Virus record (IMG/VR): IMGVR_UViG_3300027782_000043
From: an uncultured virus (IMG/VR IMGVR_UViG_3300027782_000043)
Taxonomy: Duplodnaviria; Heunggongvirae; Uroviricota; Caudoviricetes
Length of the DNA stretch: 64,000 nt
Direction: 5' to 3' (one strand)
This document shows, piece by piece, positions 56,640-64,000 of the stretch. The translations under genes and the position numbers were made by a program. The notes under the pieces are model-generated. The model was not told the origin of the DNA, searched no databases, and saw nothing but the letters and a program-made list of their open reading frames with translations. Position 1 is the stretch's first letter. Every line of letters begins with the position of its first letter.

Positions 56640-59093
56640 TTACCCACTACATGGATACGATGTTATACACGTTGGACAATCAATAGAAAAAAGAAATGGA
56701 GTTGCGGTACCAACTGCGGTACCATTAGTTGTTGAAACTGTAGTCCAACAATTACTATTGTACACTAATAATTGACCCGCAATAGTCCCTAAAGGTAATA
56801 TTAAAATAATATTTGAAACTAATCCACAACAATCGGAAACTATCCATTTATTTACAAATGTTGGGGTCGGTGTTGGGGTCGGTGTTAAATTTGGGGTATT
56901 TGTTTGGGATGGTGTTGGTGTAGGGACATCACATTCAACACAAGAAATATCATAATTTATTATTAAATTAATTACAACTTTTGCATCAGATAACGTATTA
57001 AATTTAGTTGGTACACAACTTTTATTGATGTCTTCACAATCATTTACAATAGTTATTTTGTTTTTAACAATGTCTATATCAACTTCACCAATATCCGGAT
57101 AAGATAATAACATTAATTTTATTATATTAATCCATTCAATATCTGTTGGGTAATCATAAAGTCCTATTGAGGTATAAAATAAGTTTTGTTTTATCACCCC
57201 ATTTACACTTGTTTCAATAATAAATTCCGCACCATTAATTACACACCCTAAATCATTGTATGTTAAATCAAAAAATCCCTCACTATACATTTGTCCTATT
57301 CCTCTCATACCATCAATTCCAGTATTAACAAAATTAGTGTCACTTATATTGTAAACTTGATAATCACCTAAAAGTATAGTTCCCGATAAAACAATTGATT
57401 TAGTATGTGTACATCCAGAACTATCAACAACTTGTAATGTATATGTTCCCGCACTTAAATTAGTTACTGTTGATCCAGTTTGTGAGTTTACATTTGAACT
57501 CCAATTATAAGTAAAAGGTGGAGAACCACTACTTAAAAAAGAACTTATTTCACCATCATTTCCATTAACAGGTTGTATTGCAAATAAATTAAAAAATACG
57601 GAATTTGATGGTCCAACATATGCTGTTGTTGTTTGTGAACAACCATTTGCATCGGTAACGGTAACATTATAAAACCCAAAAGGTAAATTATTATAAAAAT
57701 TAATTGGAGATATTGCGTATCCAGTAATTTGATAAGTATATGGTAATGTACCCCCACTAGTTGTTAATATCTGTAAGGTACCATTATTTAATCCACATGT
57801 GGTATTAGTTGTAACCGCAGTTATTGTAAACAAATTAACATTTGTAACTGTTGTGGTTCCAGTATAAACACATCCTGAATTATTATCAATCAAAATTGTA
57901 TATGTGTCTGATTGTAAATTATTAAAAGTTGTGTTAGTACCAACAGTTGTTGTATTAACCGTATTTCCGGAAGAATTCAGTAACGTATAGGTAAATGTTC
58001 CCGTAGGGGATCCAGTATTAACAACTATTGTTATTGCCCCATTATTACCACAATTAGAATTTGTTGTGGTAATTGATGAAATAGTAAATCCATTGGGTGT
58101 TGTTAACGAAGTTGATTGAGTATCACTACATAACCCAGCATCTTTAACAGTAACGGTTAAAATACCTGAAGGTAAATTTTGAAATGTGTATGTGTTTGAG
58201 AATGTAACTATTGTATCCCCATTAGATCCAGAAAAAAAGAATGGTGCTGTCCCCCCAGTAACAGTGACTTCAACCACACCATCACTATTAAAACAAGTAC
58301 TTCCTGTTGTTAAAAAAGAAGATATTCCAATTGGCGGAACATTATTAACCGAAATACTATCGGAAACGGAACATCCATTTGAATCTGTTACGGTAACAGT
58401 GTAATATCCAACCGTTAATCCAGTTGCTGTAGACCCTGTTTGTCCATCATTCCAAATATATGTATAAGGACCAACTCCTGTTTGTCCAGTAACAAATATT
58501 TTTCCCGAACCAAAAGCAACATTACAACTTGCATCGTCAACAACATAAAACCCGTAAGAAAAAGTTGTTGATGATAAAATTGGTACGCTCGAACTTACTC
58601 CATTACACCCTGCACCATCATCACCAACAATATAATAAGTTCCTCCCGATAAATTTGAAAAGGTTATTCCACTAGTTGGAGTTGACCCACTATTTATATA
58701 CCCGTTTGTTGTTTCATAAAGCAATGCAGATCCAACCCCATAAAAAGGGTTAAACCCAAATGTTATTTCTCCATCATCATTACCACAAGTTGTATTTATT
58801 ACATTTTCAACACTTATAGATGTTCCCGATGATATTGGTATGTTTAAGTATATTGTATCAAAAGTTGGATTTATACACGAATCTTGGATTGCCAAACTAT
58901 ATGTACCGGCAGACATTCCACTAAAATAATAAGTTGTTGTGGATGCAGATGTTGGTAATAAACCTGTTGAGGAAATTTCATATACAGTGTAGGGTGAAGT
59001 ACCACCAGTTATCTCAATGTAAATTTCTCCAACATTAGTATTAGTACAATCACCAGAGATATAAAGATTATATATTATTTGTCCACAACTCAT
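56640..59093 (-). CDS. Multi-SprB-repeat protein, putative tail fibre or adhesin
   Basis: About seven GGTxPYTY..L..G.Y.VTV.D..GC units; C-terminal TP tract. Confidence 0.8.
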   Translation of the reverse strand: MSCGQIIYNLYISGDCTNTNVGEIYIEITGGTSPYTVYEISSTGLLPTSASTTTYYFSGMSAGTYSLAIQDSCINPTFDTIYLNIPISSGTSISVENVINTTCGNDDGEITFGFNPFYGVGSALLYETTNGYINSGSTPTSGITFSNLSGGTYYIVGDDGAGCNGVSSSVPILSSTTFSYGFYVVDDASCNVAFGSGKIFVTGQTGVGPYTYIWNDGQTGSTATGLTVGYYTVTVTDSNGCSVSDSISVNNVPPIGISSFLTTGSTCFNSDGVVEVTVTGGTAPFFFSGSNGDTIVTFSNTYTFQNLPSGILTVTVKDAGLCSDTQSTSLTTPNGFTISSITTTNSNCGNNGAITIVVNTGSPTGTFTYTLLNSSGNTVNTTTVGTNTTFNNLQSDTYTILIDNNSGCVYTGTTTVTNVNLFTITAVTTNTTCGLNNGTLQILTTSGGTLPYTYQITGYAISPINFYNNLPFGFYNVTVTDANGCSQTTTAYVGPSNSVFFNLFAIQPVNGNDGEISSFLSSGSPPFTYNWSSNVNSQTGSTVTNLSAGTYTLQVVDSSGCTHTKSIVLSGTILLGDYQVYNISDTNFVNTGIDGMRGIGQMYSEGFFDLTYNDLGCVINGAEFIIETSVNGVIKQNLFYTSIGLYDYPTDIEWINIIKLMLLSYPDIGEVDIDIVKNKITIVNDCEDINKSCVPTKFNTLSDAKVVINLIINYDISCVECDVPTPTPSQTNTPNLTPTPTPTPTFVNKWIVSDCCGLVSNIILILPLGTIAGQLLVYNSNCWTTVSTTNGTAVGTATPFLFSIDCPTCITSYPCSG

Positions 59094-62000
59094 GGGTTAC
59101 ATAGGATAGTAAAGTTTATTCCCACATTCAATTCAAAATTTTGGGTGGTATTCAATGGTAAACAGTTATTATTGTATATTGTTATAGTTTGATCATCAGT
59201 ATTAATAGTATAAGATAAACCATAATCAAGTAAATTAGTTAATGAGTCATATAAACTGTCAACCCAATTATTTGCTGTTGGAGTACTTAAAGTTGGGTTT
59301 GAGAATCCAACCCCATTAAAAAATGGGTATATAATTATTGGTGAACCATCAATTCTAATATCGATATACCAATCAGACTCTAATGTATTTAATAAACAAT
59401 CATTATTAATATCCAAATTATTATCATTCCCATATGTGGTTAATGAACTACCCAATAATGCTCCAAATGAAGTTATTGTTGGATTTGTGTCCCAAGGGTA
59501 TAGACCAATAACAGTTTGTTGTATAGGACAATCATATGAAAATATTTGTGTTATTAATTTACAAGGTTTACAAGGTACTGGTATAATTTCACAACCCCTT
59601 TGTCTTCTCCACACAAATTTTTGTCTATGAAAAATTGAGTTTTCATATTTTACTCCCGTATTCCATATTGTAGTTGCTGGTATCATTTGTTCAACTAATC
59701 TTATCCAATAATCTCCCATACCATTAACATAGTCAATCATTGTTTGATAGTTAAAATTATCATTAGGAATATTTATTGCCATTCCAGATTCCAAATATTT
59801 CCAATAAATTGAAGATAGTGTTGGATATCCACTTGTCTTTCCATCGGTATTAAATTGTCTGTTTCTTACATTTATCATATTTTTCCAAAAAGTTTGGGCA
59901 AATTCAAAAAATGTTTTTTCTTTTGGTTTTGGTATAATTTGGGTCCAATCAATACCCCCTCTACTTGGATATTCAACATTTGGGTATGGATTACAATATG
60001 TTGGATCTATATAACTTAACCCTTGTTCTGGAATTGGGTAATTATATTTTCTAGACATTGTCCACACATCATACACCAATCCTTGTGATGGATTCATAAA
60101 TAAATCAACATTTTTAACATTTATAACTAATCTATCGTCAGATACCTTATAATAAGCATTAAAGTTACCATCAAAGTTTTTTCTTAAAAATTTTTCATTA
60201 TTTATCCAACTTTTTTTATTGTCAACCGTTTTTTTAAGATTAAATCCTAAATTCATGTATGGAAAACTACGATATCTTTCTAAATATTCTTGCCCATAAT
60301 TAAATGGTAATAATTTTGTTTGATAATTAGGGTTGGATCCAGTAAATACACTATTTGTTAAATCAACTTTTTCGGGCATTCTGTGTTGTGGTGTTGATTC
60401 AAACCAACCTCCCCCAATTTGAAAGAAATATGTGTCGTTTGGAACTGGCATACTTGGAAAACCGTAACTATCAATAGGGTAATCATTGTTCGTTAAACTA
60501 ATATCTTGAGTGATTGTGGTTGTTGTAAATCCAGTATATTGTACCCCCATAATTGAAAACAAGTCATTTGTGTCCAAAACAGGTAATTCCTGTGAGTATG
60601 TTCCACCAGATATTTGAGCGTACTGAATATCAAATTGTCTCAAATTTATTTTTTGATCGGCAAGGTAAATATATTCGTTAAATTCTGTTAACGCTTCAGG
60701 AGCCCCAACCATTCTTAATAATATTTCAATTGATTTTCTTGTTCCTTTAGATTTAAATAAAAAAGCGGAATTTAAAATTAAATTTCTGAAATATTGATAA
60801 TTTAACTCTTCAGGTGTTTGACCTATTGGTAAACCCGTAAATGAATTACTCCCGTTACTAAAAACTGAACTTAATAATTGATCGTTTGTTATTTGAGAGA
60901 TGTTTGTATTCCACCCAAGTGTTTGTGCCAAATTTTTAAGTAATTGTGATGGAATATCATTTTTAATATTGTAATTAACAGAATTCATGTTAGCAAGAGC
61001 CGTAATAAATTTTCTTGTTTCGTCAAAACTTCTACCGTATATCTGTAATACTTTTTGTATTTTTTGGTCTGAAGTATCAAATTCTTTTATAGCATCAGCA
61101 GTTAAAAATCTTGTTATTAAGTTTGTTTTATATAAATCAATACTTTCCGATAAAGAATTTAATTTTGTTAAATAATTTGTAAATTTGGGGGTTATAATAT
61201 CTAAATTCCACGATCCATTTAACGGAAATATTGCAACTTCTTGTGTATAATAAAATTGTCCGTCATCATTTTCTTTTGGTATGTTAAAATATGAACTATA
61301 TATTGGAACCATATTTCTATTCAACAAAAAGTTTTCAACTTGATCTAAATTTTCATTAAATACTTTATTAACGTATAACTGTTTTGGTCTTATTATAAAA
61401 TTACTATTTGTTGTTGTATTACCAGAAAACGGATCACCATTAACATAAACTTTAAAAACAGTGTCCGTTACTTGTGCGGGAATAAAATCAGATATAGGGT
61501 ATTCAATATCATTTAAAAACAGTGAATATTTTAAATACTGTGTCGTAAAATTTCTTAAATATGAAACAGATATTTCCCTTAATTCAATATTTCTAGTGGC
61601 ATTAACAGTATAATCAATACTAAACGGATTTCTAATAACAGATATTGGTATTTCAAAGTATGTTTCATCTTCAACACTATTATAAATAATGTTTTGTGCG
61701 GTTAAAGATATAACAAAATTAGTTTGTACATTGTTTATGTCTAATGCTGCAGGAAAATAATTAATAATGTTTGTAACTGAAGTTGACATCCTTTTGGTTA
61801 AAGATCCAAACATAGTAAAATTAGTAACTTGACTTAAATCAAAATTGGGATATACTCTAAAATTATCGGCAATTAATTTTTTTGATTCTTCTATATTAGA
61901 TATATTTAACGTATCTAAAGATATTGGTTCAGAAAACGATCCAATTGAAAATGTCCTATCTTGTTTTTCACTAATGCTTGTTGTAAACTCAAAATTTGCC

Positions 62001-62107
62001 TGCGTAAAACCTCCACCGTCAACTAGTTGGAACCCAACTAAGTTGTCTGAAAAGGTACCCTGACCACTGGCAGGTTGAGGGGGACATTTATATTTGTTTG
62101 TCGCCAT
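59090..62107 (-). CDS. Baseplate/tail protein with P2 gpI-like domain
   Basis: LLKNLAQTLGW..FRNLILNSAFLFKSKGTRKSIEILLRMVG. Confidence 0.65.
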   Translation of the reverse strand: MATNKYKCPPQPASGQGTFSDNLVGFQLVDGGGFTQANFEFTTSISEKQDRTFSIGSFSEPISLDTLNISNIEESKKLIADNFRVYPNFDLSQVTNFTMFGSLTKRMSTSVTNIINYFPAALDINNVQTNFVISLTAQNIIYNSVEDETYFEIPISVIRNPFSIDYTVNATRNIELREISVSYLRNFTTQYLKYSLFLNDIEYPISDFIPAQVTDTVFKVYVNGDPFSGNTTTNSNFIIRPKQLYVNKVFNENLDQVENFLLNRNMVPIYSSYFNIPKENDDGQFYYTQEVAIFPLNGSWNLDIITPKFTNYLTKLNSLSESIDLYKTNLITRFLTADAIKEFDTSDQKIQKVLQIYGRSFDETRKFITALANMNSVNYNIKNDIPSQLLKNLAQTLGWNTNISQITNDQLLSSVFSNGSNSFTGLPIGQTPEELNYQYFRNLILNSAFLFKSKGTRKSIEILLRMVGAPEALTEFNEYIYLADQKINLRQFDIQYAQISGGTYSQELPVLDTNDLFSIMGVQYTGFTTTTITQDISLTNNDYPIDSYGFPSMPVPNDTYFFQIGGGWFESTPQHRMPEKVDLTNSVFTGSNPNYQTKLLPFNYGQEYLERYRSFPYMNLGFNLKKTVDNKKSWINNEKFLRKNFDGNFNAYYKVSDDRLVINVKNVDLFMNPSQGLVYDVWTMSRKYNYPIPEQGLSYIDPTYCNPYPNVEYPSRGGIDWTQIIPKPKEKTFFEFAQTFWKNMINVRNRQFNTDGKTSGYPTLSSIYWKYLESGMAINIPNDNFNYQTMIDYVNGMGDYWIRLVEQMIPATTIWNTGVKYENSIFHRQKFVWRRQRGCEIIPVPCKPCKLITQIFSYDCPIQQTVIGLYPWDTNPTITSFGALLGSSLTTYGNDNNLDINNDCLLNTLESDWYIDIRIDGSPIIIYPFFNGVGFSNPTLSTPTANNWVDSLYDSLTNLLDYGLSYTINTDDQTITIYNNNCLPLNTTQNFELNVGINFTILCNP

Positions 62108-63015
62108 TATGAAGTTATATTTGAGAAGTTTTTACTAAAATCAATATTAATACCCCTATCTTGTCTTACCTCATATAATAAGTTATTAAATTGATCTCTA
62201 ATTTCATAAAGATTGTATTGTTTATAAATATTGTTGTTACTGTCATATATGGTATATATACCATCATCCATAGATTTAGTTTGATTACCATATAACGCAA
62301 TTGCTAGTGTTGAAATATCGTGTTCAACAATTTCAATTTCAACTGTTGTTGGATTAAAGTATGTGTTAGATATTATTATATTTTGATCCGGTTGTCCAAT
62401 AAATGGGGTTGCATTTGGTTTATTTGTTGGAGATGACGATGGAGATAAAGTACAAAATATTAAATTTGTTGATGATTCAACATACCTATATCTAATAGAC
62501 TTTTGACTTGTATTCGTTAAATTTTCAACAACAGGTTCACAATAGAATGATGAGGTTATAATTCTAAAAAAATTAGGAATTTTAGTCCCATCAGAATTTA
62601 AATATTCAACCCTAAAACCAACTAAACCTTGATTAATAAATTTATTTTTAAAGTTAGAAGGAACATTATTTATATCAACAACAATACCTTTAACATTGGG
62701 TAAAGCGGACAATATTCCACAATCTAAAATTTTAGTTCTTATTTCTGCTGGTCTTATATATAACGTATATATACCAAGTTGATTGAATTGATCTGTGGGT
62801 AATTTTAAATTATATAATCCCCCAAGTATTTCAACATTATTATTACCACCAGTAGTTCCGTTATGAAAATATGGTCTCAATATCGCACTCGCATTTAATT
62901 TTGTTAATACAAAATTGTCTGTTTCGTCTCTTGATGGTGTATAATTTAAAATTATTTCTACGTCATCAGGGCTTACATCCGAGCTTCTTATTGTTCCGTA
63001 ATTACCTGTAGCCAC
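62107..63015 (-). CDS. Putative structural protein
   Basis: GTG start; TATTTATA at 63051-63058; within the structural module. Confidence 0.65.
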   Translation of the reverse strand: MATGNYGTIRSSDVSPDDVEIILNYTPSRDETDNFVLTKLNASAILRPYFHNGTTGGNNNVEILGGLYNLKLPTDQFNQLGIYTLYIRPAEIRTKILDCGILSALPNVKGIVVDINNVPSNFKNKFINQGLVGFRVEYLNSDGTKIPNFFRIITSSFYCEPVVENLTNTSQKSIRYRYVESSTNLIFCTLSPSSSPTNKPNATPFIGQPDQNIIISNTYFNPTTVEIEIVEHDISTLAIALYGNQTKSMDDGIYTIYDSNNNIYKQYNLYEIRDQFNNLLYEVRQDRGINIDFSKNFSNITS

Positions 63016-63065
63016 AATTATTAGTTTTTAAAATTTGTTTATTGTTTAAATATAAATACTTAAAA

Positions 63066-64000
63066 TCATTGTTTTTCAACATTAAAAAATCCATATCCAT
63101 ATTTTTCTAAATCTCCCACATTATCAACTTCTCCAAGTCTTTCAATACTTTCTAATCCCGAATTTTTACCTCTCTCAATATAGACATCAGTTTGTATTTC
63201 TGGTTGGTCAATTACATTAAGTAACGCTTCATTTTTTGTTATTGCAGATAAAATTAAATCGTTTTGTGTAAATCCTGATGAATCAATAATGTATAATGTG
63301 GTACCATCATTATAATCATAGTAAAGAATATCATTAATTGTATATGCAGTATATGTGTTTGTCGGATCCGGACCCCAATAAGTTCCAACAGATTCTGATG
63401 TTCCGGTAACTTGTATCCCTATTTTAAATTTACCTCCGTATAAATTATATGTTGGACCATATGATGTTAAATCATTTACATTTGATTGTGTATATCCTGT
63501 TATAATAAATGGTACAGTGGTGTAGTTTGAACTTATGTAATCATTTATGTTAGTATTTGAATCGCCAGTAAAAATATAATCATAATTAAATGATGTATTT
63601 GCCCAACTACCTCCCGCAGGGGTGAATGTTGCAACTCCATTAGGATTAAAAATAATCACATTAGTAAATGGAACGGTAACAGTTTTTGTTATGATTGATA
63701 TTCCCCATGGTGATATAGATTTAAGGGTAATTGTGTATGTTTGATTAACAACAGGATAAACATGGGTATATTGAATTGGTGAAGTTACTGTTTGAATTGG
63801 GGATCCATCCCCCCAATCAACAGTATAAGTTGATACGGATAAAAACTTTTTGAATTCAGTGTCTGAAGTATTATAGAAGTAAAAAGTATATGGATTACCT
63901 GTTGTTGCGGAAAATAAAAAGTTAGTAATAACTTCTTTTTGTATTATTGCTCCGTCAAATATAGAGTAATAACCAATATCTGTAGCCACTTCTGTTAATA
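63066..64000 (-). CDS. PKD-like domain structural protein, 5' end probably outside the window
   Basis: YTVDWGDGSPIQ..THVY..YTITL; frame stays open to the window edge. Confidence 0.7.
   Translation of the reverse strand, partial: LTEVATDIGYYSIFDGAIIQKEVITNFLFSATTGNPYTFYFYNTSDTEFKKFLSVSTYTVDWGDGSPIQTVTSPIQYTHVYPVVNQTYTITLKSISPWGISIITKTVTVPFTNVIIFNPNGVATFTPAGGSWANTSFNYDYIFTGDSNTNINDYISSNYTTVPFIITGYTQSNVNDLTSYGPTYNLYGGKFKIGIQVTGTSESVGTYWGPDPTNTYTAYTINDILYYDYNDGTTLYIIDSSGFTQNDLILSAITKNEALLNVIDQPEIQTDVYIERGKNSGLESIERLGEVDNVGDLEKYGYGFFNVEKQ

Noticed and set aside
1..64000. Stop-codon reassignment, as in some large phages
   Set aside because: Conserved genes (dnaK, glnII, SbcC, primase) are full length in code 11 and coding density is high.
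1..64000. Cellular chromosome or eukaryotic giant virus origin
   Set aside because: Host-like genes are scattered singly among phage-type hypotheticals, gp46/47-like, primase and baseplate genes; bacterial sigma factors and Bacteroidetes promoters argue against an NCLDV.

Overview
Very AT-rich, gene-dense segment, mostly minus strand, with the gene content of a large (jumbo-type) dsDNA phage infecting Bacteroidetes. The host inference rests on many TTTG-N19/20-TAnnTTTG promoters, a Bacteroidetes-type primary sigma factor and SprB-type repeats. 1-20 kb: small accessory genes plus thyA, a DfrB-like SH3 protein, metallophosphoesterase, prolyl 4-hydroxylase, DnaK, RNA ligase, ECF sigma factor, NUDIX, DNA methyltransferase and type II glutamine synthetase. 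20-39 kb: thioredoxin, glutaredoxin, DUF932, an LRR protein, Dam, DnaJ, an Hc1-like protein, putative virion proteins and a lysis-like cluster with a degenerate amidase. 39-51 kb: sigma-70, SbcCD (gp46/47-like), PD-(D/E)XK nuclease, primase and RuvC. 49-64 kb: a tail/baseplate module of Cys-rich, (Thr-Pro)n and SprB-repeat proteins with an embedded glycosyltransferase. Best leads: (1) a possible extensin-like virion glycosylation system (P4H + HPAT/SGT-like GT + TP-repeat substrates); (2) a DfrB-like protein coupled to thyA; (3) a two-class promoter system with shared N-terminal leaders, suggesting a virion-packaged ECF sigma factor; (4) several unannotated structured RNAs. All family calls come from motif recognition by eye; no database searches were run.
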